Below, piece by piece: positions 51,344 to 61,947 of a DNA stretch of 64,000 bases. Below the pieces are notes generated by a model that had not been told where the DNA came from, ran no database searches, and saw nothing but the letters and a program-made list of their open reading frames with translations. The translations under genes were made by a program, and so were the position numbers. The stretch is from an uncultured Verrucomicrobiae bacterium. GTDB lineage: Bacteria; Verrucomicrobiota; Verrucomicrobiia; Limisphaerales; Palsa-1400. Location: assembly GCA_963764165.1 (NCBI GenBank), contig CAVXRD010000002.1, positions 3,136,001-3,200,000 of the forward strand, in the 5' to 3' direction. Every line of letters starts with the position of its first letter. Positions within the stretch are counted from its first letter, which is position 1.

Positions 51344-51961
51344 TTTCATTAACACCCCGCTTCAGCGGGGTGGTCCGCGGCTCAGAAAGGAGAAACCGTT
51401 TTAACGGTTTCTATCCTTGCCTTGGCTCACGCCGCCGCCTAACTATGTTCTGTGTCTGTCCATTCCTACTCCCGTGTTTGGCTGCATCTGGTCTGGGCCA
51501 CCTTGGAGCGTCGTCCGCTCCTCACGAAGGTGGCTGCCGCAAGACTCTCCGCCCATCTCACGCGCTACGCGGACGAGAAAGGGATCCACATGAAGATCAA
51601 TTTCGCAAACCCGGATCACGTTCACGCGCTGGTGGACCTTCCCACGGGACTATCCATTGAGGAGATGATGCAATTCTTCAAGGGCGGATCCTCGCATTGG
51701 CTGAACAAAAACGGGCTGGTTGACAAACCGTTCGCGTGGGGACGGGGCTACGGGGTGTTTTCCGTCTCCCACTCCGGCGTCGGAGAAGTGGCAAAATATA
51801 TCGCCAATCAGGAGGAGCATCACCGCAAGAGGACATACTCGGATGAGGTGAAATTGCTGGCGGAGCGTTATGGGTTGAAATGGCGCGATGACAAAACCGT
51901 TAAAACGGTTTTGGTGGCTCCGGCTGCGCCCACACCCCGCTGAAGCGGGGTGTTAATGAAA
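51344..51961 (+). mobile_element. IS200-like/REP-associated HUH element with symmetric inverted hairpin ends
   Basis: Left end tttcattaacaccccgcttcagcggggtg..aaaccgttttaacggttt; right end aaaccgttaaaacggttt..caccccgctgaagcggggtgttaatgaaa; tnpA in between. Confidence 0.85.
51452..51943 (+). CDS. tnpA: IS200/IS605-family Y1 HUH transposase
   Basis: HLVWAT..R; PDHVH (HUH); KGGSS; W.RGYG.FSVS; YIANQEEHH (catalytic Y). Confidence 0.93.
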   Translation: MSVHSYSRVWLHLVWATLERRPLLTKVAAARLSAHLTRYADEKGIHMKINFANPDHVHALVDLPTGLSIEEMMQFFKGGSSHWLNKNGLVDKPFAWGRGYGVFSVSHSGVGEVAKYIANQEEHHRKRTYSDEVKLLAERYGLKWRDDKTVKTVLVAPAAPTPR

Positions 51962-52374
51962 GGGGTGGCCAGGGAATTAACCACGGAGTCGGAAAAGGTC
52001 CGACCCTCACTGGTCGCCAAGCAGAACACGCGCATAAAATGCGTCTTTTTGCAAATCCGGTCTTCGCGCGGCGCGACTTTCTCCCAAAAACGCGACTGGC
52101 ACCGCCTACAGGGGAGTGGAATCTCTTTCTGAAAATTTTATTCACACGCACGGAAAGCAAATCTGCAAATATGTTGATTTGATCCGCGTCTTTGATTTCC
52201 GTAAAAACACTAAATATGAAGAAACCAGCAACTGGTATCGGATTCCGAAAGAAAGAAATCATAACTTTTACATTTCATTCATGCCTTATTATAAACCACT
52301 TAGGATTATAAAATGAATAACGATACATTTTTTTCTTGCTCGAATCGTAATATTCTCATTCAATTGATAACAAT

Positions 52375-53166
52375 ATGAGTGATTCATCTTCAACTTCAAT
52401 CGGAGCGGCTGATGCGGTGAAGCTGCCGCAAGAACCAGCCCGCCCAAGAAAGTCGCCACCAACAAAGACGTTGCCATCCGACCGCCTTGTGTTTGAGAAG
52501 CAAGTAGCAGGTCTTCGCGCATTTGCCGTCTCGTACAGCGCAAACGGCGGTAAACCAGTCACAAATGAGGAAGCTGGCAAAATAATTGGCATGGCTGCGG
52601 GTACAATAGTGGTGACAAATGCCTTTTTCTGCGAGCTGGGCTTCCTGCAAAGGCAAAAGGATAGCGAGGGGTTTATACCCTCTCAGGATGTCATGGCATA
52701 CGTAAAAGCGTACGAATGGGATCCGGAACGGGCAAAGGAAAAACTTAGAGGGCCGATTGAGGCTTCGTGGTTTGCCCAAACTCTCGTTCCGAGAATCAAA
52801 TTCCGCCCGTACGATGCGAGTGAAGCGGTTACTGTGCTTGCCGAGGCCTGCGCTGCATCGAAGGAGTACGAACCTCGTCTATGGCCGTTAATCGACTATT
52901 TGGCCTTCGTGGGCATTATTACTCGTGACGGTTCTCTGCTGAAAATCGCAAGCGGACAATCATTTGCGCCGACGGAAGCGAGTCCGCAGCCAAATGGCAA
53001 CTCATTGCTGGCTCCGACGGAATCAGGGGTGGAGCAATTTACGTTGACTCTTGATCCAAAGTCCAAGCGGAAGATTACTATTCAGTGCCCGCCTACAATA
53101 AAGAAGGCTGAGCTGGCGAGAATTCAAGCGTGGCTGGCGCTGCAAATAATTATTGAAGATGAGTGA
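52375..53166 (+). CDS. Hypothetical protein, tandem winged-helix-like N-terminus plus small C-terminal domain (DUF5343-like)
   Basis: 263-aa ORF after an AT-rich leader; VTNEEAGKIIGMAAGTI....FF.ELGFL; C-terminal FTLTL....RKITIQCP.TI..AELARIQAWL; family label is pattern recall only. Confidence 0.6.
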   Translation: MSDSSSTSIGAADAVKLPQEPARPRKSPPTKTLPSDRLVFEKQVAGLRAFAVSYSANGGKPVTNEEAGKIIGMAAGTIVVTNAFFCELGFLQRQKDSEGFIPSQDVMAYVKAYEWDPERAKEKLRGPIEASWFAQTLVPRIKFRPYDASEAVTVLAEACAASKEYEPRLWPLIDYLAFVGIITRDGSLLKIASGQSFAPTEASPQPNGNSLLAPTESGVEQFTLTLDPKSKRKITIQCPPTIKKAELARIQAWLALQIIIEDE

Positions 53167-53178
53167 ATCCTAATTTGT

Positions 53179-53289
53179 AAAAAACCGACCTTCCCAAACG
53201 TGTCACCGTTTGAGAAGGTCGATAATTTTTTCGTTGGCTGGCAGTCGCCAACGGAGACGTGCGAGCGGTGTTATCCGCCCTCTGATGCG
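53179..53289 (-). ncRNA. Putative ~110-nt small RNA
   Basis: Minus-strand TTGACG-N17-TAGTTT promoter (53324-53296), three hairpins, the last a 15-bp stem followed by G and T6; two G-U pairs form only on the minus strand. Confidence 0.6.
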
Positions 53290-53675
53290 AGTGCGAAACT
53301 AACAGAAGACCCGTCCGGCGTCAATGACGATTGCACACATTAACAAAAGGCTTTTGCCATGGGCAAAATCTATCGTTGTTATACGTGCGGTGAATCGATT
53401 GTGTTTAGAATGTGCGTAAGGCACTGGAAAACACGTCGAATCATCCGTGCCAGGAGCGGAAGGCCGTTCCCCGTTCACATAAACGGTGCCTGCGGGCAAC
53501 TTGGATTCCAACTAGGACTCTAAGCCGCACAACACCGCACGGTCTTCGGGCCGTGCGGCGCTGTACACGTTCAAATTCCAGCGGCGCTCGCTACGGCCAA
53601 CAAGGCGTTGGTCGCAGTGCGCGACCGTCGATTGAGATCGACCGGCATAACTTCGCAGAGTTCTTAGTCCAGTTT

Positions 53676-54836
53676 CTACGCCGCTCTTATCTTTCGCAGC
53701 GAGGAGGAGACCTTTTCCCACTTCTGCGTCCTCGCCGATTTCAACACCGCATCACAAACATACTGCGTCTCCAGCGCATCGCGGAAGGTGGGAGCGGCGA
53801 AGGTGCCGCTGCTGAGGCCCGCCAGGAAATCCGCCACTTGGTGGACGAAAGTGTGTTCGTAGCCGATTTGCAATCCCGGCACCCACCAGTTTTTCATATA
53901 TGGCTGGTCGCTGTCGGTCACATGCACGTTGCGCCAGCCGCGGACCCGGCCTTCGTCGCGGTGATCGAAGTATTGCAGGCGGTGCAGGTCGTGCAGATCC
54001 CACGCGATGGAGGCGTGCTCGCCGTTGATTTCAAAGGTGTAGAGGGCTTTGTGGCCGCGGGCGTATCGGGTGGATTCGAAGGTGGCCAGCGAGCCGTTCT
54101 TGAATCTCGCGAGGAAGGCGCAGGCGTCGTCGATGCCGACCTTTTCGACTTTGCCGCTCAGGTTGTGCTTGCGCTCTTTGACGAAGGTTTCGGTCATGGC
54201 GTTGACTTTGTCGATGCCGCCGTTGAGCCACACGGCGGTGTCAATGCAATGGGCCAGCAGATCGCCGGTCACGCCGCTGCCGGCGACTTTAACGTCCAGG
54301 CGCCATAGACCCGCGCCGCCTTGCGGAAGTTCGGGGCTGATCGTCCAATCCTGGAGGAATTTGGCGCGATAATGGAAAATGCGGCCGAGCTTCCCTTCAT
54401 CGATGAGTTGTTTGGCCAACGTCACGGCGGGGACGCGGCGATAATTATACCAAACCATGTTCGGCACTTTGGCTTTTTCGACGGCGGCGACCATGATTTT
54501 GCCTTGCGGGCCGTCCATCGAGAGCGGCTTCTCGCACAAAATCATTTTGCCGGCTTTGGCGGCGGCGATGGCGATTTCGGCGTGGGTGTCGTTGGGGCTG
54601 GCGATGTCGATGGCGTCGATGTCCGCCCGCTGGATGAGCTTGCGCCAATCGGTTTCAAAACTTTCGTAGCCCCATTTGGCGGCGAAGGCGCGGGCGGTGT
54701 TCTCGCTGCGGGCGCAGACGGCTTTGAGAACGGGCTTGTATTCAAGGTCAAAAAAATGATTGACCTTGCTGAAGGCGTTGGAGTGGGTGCGGCCCATGAA
54801 TCCGCATCCGATGAGTCCGATGTTGAGTGGCTTCAT
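53676..54836 (-). CDS. Gfo/Idh/MocA-family oxidoreductase
   Basis: [31 protein letters not shown]. Confidence 0.93.
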   Translation of the reverse strand: MKPLNIGLIGCGFMGRTHSNAFSKVNHFFDLEYKPVLKAVCARSENTARAFAAKWGYESFETDWRKLIQRADIDAIDIASPNDTHAEIAIAAAKAGKMILCEKPLSMDGPQGKIMVAAVEKAKVPNMVWYNYRRVPAVTLAKQLIDEGKLGRIFHYRAKFLQDWTISPELPQGGAGLWRLDVKVAGSGVTGDLLAHCIDTAVWLNGGIDKVNAMTETFVKERKHNLSGKVEKVGIDDACAFLARFKNGSLATFESTRYARGHKALYTFEINGEHASIAWDLHDLHRLQYFDHRDEGRVRGWRNVHVTDSDQPYMKNWWVPGLQIGYEHTFVHQVADFLAGLSSGTFAAPTFRDALETQYVCDAVLKSARTQKWEKVSSSLRKIRAA

Positions 54837-54916
54837 AAATGAAGGTGTGATAAACGTGAAAATCAGAATTTAAACTCAATCGCGAACGGGTGTGAGACAA
54901 AATTCTTCCGGTGGCA

Positions 54917-55087
54917 TTTCATTAACACCCCGCTTCAGCGGGGTGAACCCCGGACGCGACGAAAAACAAACCGTTTCAACGGTTTGTCGAAAGCGCGTGG
55001 TCTCATGCGGGCGTGGGAAACCGTTAAAACGGTTTCCTGCCTTGGGGCTGCCCGGCACCACCCCGCTAAAGCGGGGTGTTAATGAGA
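54917..55087. mobile_element. Non-autonomous (MITE/REPIN-like) derivative of the 51344-51961 element
   Basis: Same four hairpins in the same order, left 29 bp identical; ~35 bp spacer in place of tnpA. Confidence 0.85.
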
Positions 55088-55230
55088 GGGGTCCTGCATC
55101 GCGTATTGGCATATATTCATTTTGTTCTCTAAGTTCCCCTCTCCCTGTCCCTCTCCCCTCAAGCGGGGCGAGGGGATTAAAGGGCGTCTCGCAGTTTGAT
55201 GTCCTATTAGTAAGATGCGCCTCCCGCATA

Positions 55231-56286
<1,056 letters not shown>

Positions 56287-56359
56287 GGGCTAATCCTTGC
56301 CAAAAAAGAATTGGGTTGGCAATTGCCAACGGAGGAAGTGTGCAGAAAAAGCGCTTTTA

Positions 56360-56474
56360 GGCAGGGGCGCATATGGGAAGCGGAACTTCGGCCCCAGGCG
56401 TCCGGGGATATTGCGAGTCCGAACGCGTTCGAAAAACTCCACGGCCTCGGACGCCTCGGCGAGGCGTCCCTACC
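56360..56474. repeat. GGTAG-type REP doublet, copy A
   Basis: Right arm cggacgcctcggcgaggcgtccctacc identical to 57898-57924. Confidence 0.75.
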
Positions 56475-56476
56475 TT

Positions 56477-56635
56477 TCAAGTCAGATCGCGCGACTTGTT
56501 TCGGCTGAGAATCTTCATCGAGAACAGAGACAAACCCAAAGCGGCCAGCGGTTCTGCGGCGCTGGCGGGACTATACATCCGGGCCATGATAACTGCCCAC
56601 GCCAGGAACAAGCCCATGTAAACAACACGGATCAT
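56477..56635 (-). CDS. Putative 52-aa hydrophobic peptide
   Basis: MIRVVYMGLFLAWAVIMARMYSPASAAEPLAALGLSLFSMKILSRNKSRDLT; ATGA overlap with an upstream 20-codon ORF. Confidence 0.4.
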   Translation of the reverse strand: MIRVVYMGLFLAWAVIMARMYSPASAAEPLAALGLSLFSMKILSRNKSRDLT

Positions 56636-56751
56636 TCAACCTTTTCGTGAAGGTCGCAGGACTCCGTCGAAACGATGTCTCCGAGGTTGATCATCTTGAC
56701 AAGCTACCCGCGGACGGCTCGAAAACAATGGGGGAAAACCTGAAATTTGAA

Positions 56752-57627
56752 TCAGGACTGCTTTCGGGGCGCGATCACGAGGCTGGCCAGAATGACGCAT
56801 AAGATCAGGCAGGCCAGCCAGCCATCAATGAGATTGCCGGAACCCCAGAAACTTCCTGGCTCGGCGGTTGAATTGAGGAGGAACCGATACGATTTCAGCC
56901 AGAAAATCCATCCCGCGTGCAAGCCGATGGAAAAATAAAGCGCGCCCGTCCGTTGATAGAGGATGGCCAGAATCGAGCCCGCCGCCAGCAGCGTGAAGAA
57001 GGCGGGAACCATGGGTGGATGCCGCATCACCAAGGCGGCGAGCAATTTCAAACCGGAGTTCCACGCCACGGCGCCTGATAAATCTCCGTTTTTGATAAAG
57101 TGAACCACGGAGTAAACCGCGCTGCTGGCCAGCACGGCGATGGCGCACGGCAGCGATTTGCGCAGAATTCCGAAAAGCGCGCCGCGGAAAACAAGCTCCT
57201 CCAAAATGGCGACGATCACGGCGGACCAAGCGGCATTAAACAAGTGCTGGATCAACTCGCCTGGAGAACGAATCGTTACTATTGAATTGACACGAAATGC
57301 GAGCGTCACGACGGCCACGGCGGCGAGGGACATCCATCCGAGCAAGGCGCCTTTGGCGGCATCCCCGACCGGGGACCGCCCATTGGGGGCGAAACCGATT
57401 TCCGCCCAACTGTTCATGCCGCTTCCCCGCAAAAGCGGCCACAAGCAAATAAGCGCGAGCCCAAGCAGCGAGCGATCCAGAAAGCGGTGAAACGGCTGTG
57501 CGGCCAGATGCGTGAACGTGTGATGCGCCGCCGTCCACTGAAGCAGCCAATAGAGCCAGGGCGCGAGCAGCGCCCCGCCCAGAAACACGACCGCGAAATA
57601 AATCAGCAGTGTGCGTAAGGGCCGCAT
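56752..57627 (-). CDS. CPBP (Abi/CAAX) family intramembrane glutamic endopeptidase
   Basis: EELVFRG; YSVVH; IGLHAGW; multiple TMs. Confidence 0.9.
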   Translation of the reverse strand: MRPLRTLLIYFAVVFLGGALLAPWLYWLLQWTAAHHTFTHLAAQPFHRFLDRSLLGLALICLWPLLRGSGMNSWAEIGFAPNGRSPVGDAAKGALLGWMSLAAVAVVTLAFRVNSIVTIRSPGELIQHLFNAAWSAVIVAILEELVFRGALFGILRKSLPCAIAVLASSAVYSVVHFIKNGDLSGAVAWNSGLKLLAALVMRHPPMVPAFFTLLAAGSILAILYQRTGALYFSIGLHAGWIFWLKSYRFLLNSTAEPGSFWGSGNLIDGWLACLILCVILASLVIAPRKQS

Positions 57628-57650
57628 GGAGGCTGGTAATCGCGAAGCGA

Positions 57651-57924
57651 GGTAGGGACGCCTCTGGGAAGCGGAACTTCCGCACGAGGCGTCCGGGGTG
57701 AGGCGTTATCCAAGCCGAAACGATTCAGTTGGCTTCGGGGAGCGCGGTCGTCTCGACCGCAGTTTTTGGCGTCCCGCCGGAAACCCTGCCCGACTGTCCG
57801 GCGGGACGCCGGACAGAGCGACCGGCACGGCCGCGCTCCCAAATCCTGCTGCGTCGTTTGGGCTTCGGACGACGCGGTAAACATTTTCCCGCGCAACCGG
57901 ACGCCTCGGCGAGGCGTCCCTACC
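57651..57924. repeat. GGTAG-type REP doublet, copy B, with a nested second-family doublet (57738-57840)
   Basis: ggtagggacgcctc...gaggcgtccg / cggacgcctcggcgaggcgtccctacc enclosing gggagcgcgg...ccgcgctccc. Confidence 0.8.
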
Positions 57925-58013
57925 TTGACCACGATTGATTGGCCCGTCCGCATGGCGCGAATTAAAATGGGGTTTGCCTCTTGCGCCAAGTACAATCATA
58001 ACTGGGAGTTGTT

Positions 58014-59888
58014 ATGGGGGCCTGGCGTGAGACCTTTGACCAATTCCTTGCCACCGCCAGCAATTTCCTGCGCCAGCACTGGCGCAAGGCGTTGCAGGTG
58101 CGGGAACGCCTCTGGGTAAGCCAGGAAGCCCTCCATCTGGTCATGGCCGGCATCGTCGGCTTGATGGGTGGAGTGATCAACGTCGCCTTTTACCTCTGCA
58201 TAGAAGGATCCCAGGATTTTTTTTTGCGCCACCCAGGCGAGAAGGACATTGTCCAGGTCGCCCGTTTGCTTGACTGGCCGCTTCGCCTGCTGGCGCCGGC
58301 CCTGGGCGGATTGGCGGCGGGTCTCGTTTTGTATTGGGGCCTGAAATTCGTCGGCAAACAGCGCTCCACAAATCTTTTGGAAGTCGTCGTCGCCGGAGAC
58401 GGCCGGCTGCCCGTGAGAAGCGGCATCATTCGCGCCATTTCCTCGCTGGTGAGCATAGGGACCGGGGCCTCCATTGGGCGCGAAGGCGGCATTACGCAGC
58501 TCGCGGCCACCGCCGCTTCCAAATGGGGCCAAGTGGCGAAGTGGCAGCCCTATCGTTTGCGCCTGCTGGTGGCGTGCGGCGCGGCGGCGGGAATTGCGGG
58601 CGCTTACAACGCGCCCATCACCGGCGCGGTCTTCGCGGCGCATATCGTGCTCGGAAATTTTTCGATGAATCTTTTCGCGCCCCTGCTTTGCTCCTCGGTT
58701 GTTTCGTCGATGCTGGCGAGGCAATTCTTCGGGCTGAAGCCGTGGTACGAAGTTCCCAATTTCGATTTCACCAGCATCACGCAATTGCCATGGTTCGTCA
58801 TTCTCGGCTTTTTCGCGGGCGCCCTCGGGGCGGGATTCCTGCGTTTGCTGCAAATCAGCAAGGATATGTTTCAGCGCGTCAAACTGTTATATGTGCGGAT
58901 GGCCATCGGTGGAATCCTCGTTGGATTCATCGCGCTGCAATTTCCAGAAGTCTGGGGAAACGGGCACGGAGTGACGTCCGAGATTCTTCAGGATCCAAAA
59001 ACCATCGGCATCGTGGTCATGTTCGGAATTTTCATGGCGAAATTCATTGCCACCGTCATTACGGTGGGATCCGGCGCGGTCGGCGGCGTCATCACGCCGA
59101 CGCTTTTTCTGGGCGCGGGATTGGGAAGCTTGCTCGCGCTGGCGCTGCAGCACACGGATTTCGGCCCGGCGCTTCCGCCGATCGCGATCTTTGGCCTGGT
59201 CGGCATGGGCAGCGTTTTTTCCGCGACGACCCATTCCCCGCTGCTGGCCATTGTCATGGTGCTGGAAATTTCGCAGAATTACTCCCTGATGCCGGCGCTC
59301 ATGCTGGCTTGCGCTGTATCGACCATTGTCTCACGGCGGCTGCATCCGAGTTCGATTTACACCGAACCGCTCAAGCTTCGCAGCTTGGAAATGGAAAGCT
59401 ACCGCCTCGGCGCCGCCACGGAACAAACCATCGGCGATTTGATGCGCGCCCCGGTGCCGCCATTGCGTGAGAACGTGACGCTTCCGGAAATCGCGGACCG
59501 CTTTATCCGCAGTCAAAATAATTTCCTGCCAGTGGTCGACGCGCAGTATCGGCTGATCGGAGTGGTGGCGCTGCAGGATTTGAAGGAATATCTCGGCGCC
59601 GGCAGCGAGTTAAACGCGGTCATTGCCGCTGATGTCATGCGCCCGCCGCCGCCGTGCCTGCTGCCGGGGCAAAAACTTCTGGACGCGCTGCCGACGGTGC
59701 TTTCAAGCGAGCTTCGCAATGTGCCGGTGGTGAACACGCAGGAGGAGAAGCGGCTCGTCGGCGCCATGCTCCGCGCGGAAGCGCTGGACGTGCTTTCTGA
59801 AATGATCGCCGCCAACACCACGACCACGTCGTCGACCGAAAGCATGGCCAAGGAAAGCATGTCCGCTCCGCCTCACCGGACGGATTAG
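58014..59888 (+). CDS. ClC-family chloride channel/antiporter with C-terminal CBS domains
   Basis: GASIGREG; YNAPITG; GAVGGVITP.LF.G; CBS pair. Confidence 0.93.
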   Translation: MGAWRETFDQFLATASNFLRQHWRKALQVRERLWVSQEALHLVMAGIVGLMGGVINVAFYLCIEGSQDFFLRHPGEKDIVQVARLLDWPLRLLAPALGGLAAGLVLYWGLKFVGKQRSTNLLEVVVAGDGRLPVRSGIIRAISSLVSIGTGASIGREGGITQLAATAASKWGQVAKWQPYRLRLLVACGAAAGIAGAYNAPITGAVFAAHIVLGNFSMNLFAPLLCSSVVSSMLARQFFGLKPWYEVPNFDFTSITQLPWFVILGFFAGALGAGFLRLLQISKDMFQRVKLLYVRMAIGGILVGFIALQFPEVWGNGHGVTSEILQDPKTIGIVVMFGIFMAKFIATVITVGSGAVGGVITPTLFLGAGLGSLLALALQHTDFGPALPPIAIFGLVGMGSVFSATTHSPLLAIVMVLEISQNYSLMPALMLACAVSTIVSRRLHPSSIYTEPLKLRSLEMESYRLGAATEQTIGDLMRAPVPPLRENVTLPEIADRFIRSQNNFLPVVDAQYRLIGVVALQDLKEYLGAGSELNAVIAADVMRPPPPCLLPGQKLLDALPTVLSSELRNVPVVNTQEEKRLVGAMLRAEALDVLSEMIAANTTTTSSTESMAKESMSAPPHRTD

Positions 59889-59940
59889 CATCCCAGACAT
59901 TCCCAGCCGCATTTTGCGGGGGCGAATTGGCCAGACGTCT

Positions 59941-61074
59941 TTACCCATCATTGCCGTGCCCGTCATCGACGCGCTCGTGATTCACATAGACGCGCACCAG
60001 CCAGCCGTCGGCTTCGAGGCGTCCGACATTTTGGACATATTCGTCGTAGGGAAATCGTTTGCGAACATAAGGCAGCCGGCTGATGGTCTCGACCAATTGA
60101 TGGGTCCACGGGCGAAAGGACTGGCGCTCCTTCAACAATTGCTCAATGGCATCCTGATCTTCCGCGGACAGCAGCGGGACCGTATTCATGACGATTCCCT
60201 TTGCCAGCGGGATGGTATTCAACCATGAGTAAGAAGCGCGGCGGTCAAGCAGAAAGAGTTTGCCGAGGTTGCGCCCCTGGGCCAAAAGGCCGTCGAATTC
60301 CGGTTTCTGTTTTGCCTGGAGCGCGGCTTCGAGATTTGTTTTTTTCTCAATGGAAGAATTGCCCGGCGCCTTGAGCAAGGCTTCGCGGCTCAGCTCGGGT
60401 TCCATCAGCGCGTCGGCCAGCAGATGCGGGGCTTTCCAGCACACCAGCGCCGCCAATTCCAGCAGCGCCAATTGCCTGGATGTTTCCAAATCCCGGCTCG
60501 AGAGCGCCGCTTTCTGGAACTCTTTGGAAGGATCGCGCAGCAGATCGAGCAGCTTGGGCGCGGCGAGATCCTCGATGCGCGCCTGTTTGGTTTCGTAATT
60601 GCCGAACGTAATTCCGAGAATGTGGCTGACGCGATGCAAGGTGTGATCGCGCCGCAAATCAGAAATCCTCGGCACAGCGTCATTTCGGATGCCCGAATAA
60701 AAATCGTGCAGCGCGAGCCAGACGCCTCGATTCGGAATGCATAGATACGGCTGCTCGTCGGTCGCCGCGTCGAAACAGGCCCGCACCGTGCGTTCGTGGA
60801 ACGGCTGTTTCCACACCTCCTCAAGAAGATAAACCTTGTGATCGGATTCCCGAGGAAATGCGCCCAGGTAATCGAAGCTGGTCGAGGTCTTGATCGTGCT
60901 CTCGTCGTGGCCGAGGACCGATTTCGCGAGCCGCGCGAGCAGGTAAATCGCCACACCCATGAACACGAGCCCGTCGATGTTCTGCCAGATGTTGGCGGTG
61001 AAGGAGATAAAGTCGTTGAACAGGCGCCAGAAATGCGTCAGCAGCGGCGTGTTATCTTCCACGGCGAACATCAT
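59941..61074 (-). CDS. Hypothetical protein with one N-terminal TM
   Basis: Long open frame; likely start MMFAVED at 61074; TM GLVFMGVAIYLLA. Confidence 0.6.
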   Translation of the reverse strand: MMFAVEDNTPLLTHFWRLFNDFISFTANIWQNIDGLVFMGVAIYLLARLAKSVLGHDESTIKTSTSFDYLGAFPRESDHKVYLLEEVWKQPFHERTVRACFDAATDEQPYLCIPNRGVWLALHDFYSGIRNDAVPRISDLRRDHTLHRVSHILGITFGNYETKQARIEDLAAPKLLDLLRDPSKEFQKAALSSRDLETSRQLALLELAALVCWKAPHLLADALMEPELSREALLKAPGNSSIEKKTNLEAALQAKQKPEFDGLLAQGRNLGKLFLLDRRASYSWLNTIPLAKGIVMNTVPLLSAEDQDAIEQLLKERQSFRPWTHQLVETISRLPYVRKRFPYDEYVQNVGRLEADGWLVRVYVNHERVDDGHGNDG

Positions 61075-61228
61075 TGCCGCCTGCGCCAGAATTTCCGGAC
61101 TTCCCCTCATGCGAGGTGGCGGCGAGAAACCCGCCTCAATGAATGCGCAAGGGATTTGGAGCCGTGCATCGGCGCAAGATGCCGGAGCCGCCGCCGAAAA
61201 CCAACTGTTTTGCCACTGATTGGGATAA

Positions 61229-61297
61229 GCCACAGATGGACACAGATCAACACAGATTAAGGAAATCAAAATCAAGGAAATTGGCCGCAGATTAACG
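61229..61297. repeat. CAGAT-triplet half-elements
   Basis: gccacagatggacacagatcaacacagat nearly identical to 12597; truncated ggccgcagattaacg. Confidence 0.7.
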
Positions 61298-61632
61298 ATG
61301 TTTTTTATTTGGGCTTGCCGGTTGGCGTGGTTCTGCTCGGCCTGTTCCTAATCGCAAGAGTGTTGCAAAAGGAATCGACGCTGTACAACGAGGGGAATCA
61401 AAGGTGATCCGCTTTCCGGCAACCTCTTCTTTTTTGCTAATAGGCGGCGCATCGGGATCAAAATTCTGCGGGGGGTTGCAGCGGGTTGATCGTGGCGGCA
61501 AAACGGCTCGAACGCGGCAAGTTTACGATCCCAGTTAGCGGCACAGGCCAGATCAGCCTGCGCAGAGAGGAGTTCAGCGCCTTGATTCACGGCTTGGAAG
61601 CCCGGGCCAAGAATAACTGGTATCGCCGCTGA
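61298..61632 (+). pseudogene. IS66 accessory protein TnpB (Orf2) remnant
   Basis: Frameshifted fragments KGID, GDPLSGNLFFFANRRR..IKIL and GLIVAAKRLERGKFTIP...ISLRREEFSALIHGLE..NWYRR*. Confidence 0.75.
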
Positions 61633-61947
61633 GCAAATAACAAATCCACTGTTTATTTGATTACGACAAAGAAGTACATCCGCCATGGCGAGTATTGCCT
61701 AAATCCCAAATATGGGACCAGCGATGGCTCGCTGAATCCCATCTGGCCTCGGCCTGGCAACCTGTTTCGTTTTTTTACTGCACCAACGTCCTCCTCGCCG
61801 GCGTGACGATTCAAAACTCTCTTTGTGAGAAGTTTTCCGATGTTTCGGAATTTTTTTGGAACTTTCCTGGTTCGAATTGCGCTTTTATTACTATTGCGCC
61901 GAGTTGTGCGTGCCCTTTAAATCGATTTGGTCTGCATGCAATGACAT

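Noticed and set aside
51962..52370. Search for a TnpB/IscB nuclease next to tnpA
   Set aside because: No RuvC or zinc-finger motif ORF follows; the element closes at its right hairpin
61075..61275. N-terminal extension of the 444-aa ORF (LICVDLCPSVA)
   Set aside because: Translation of the CAGAT-triplet repeat
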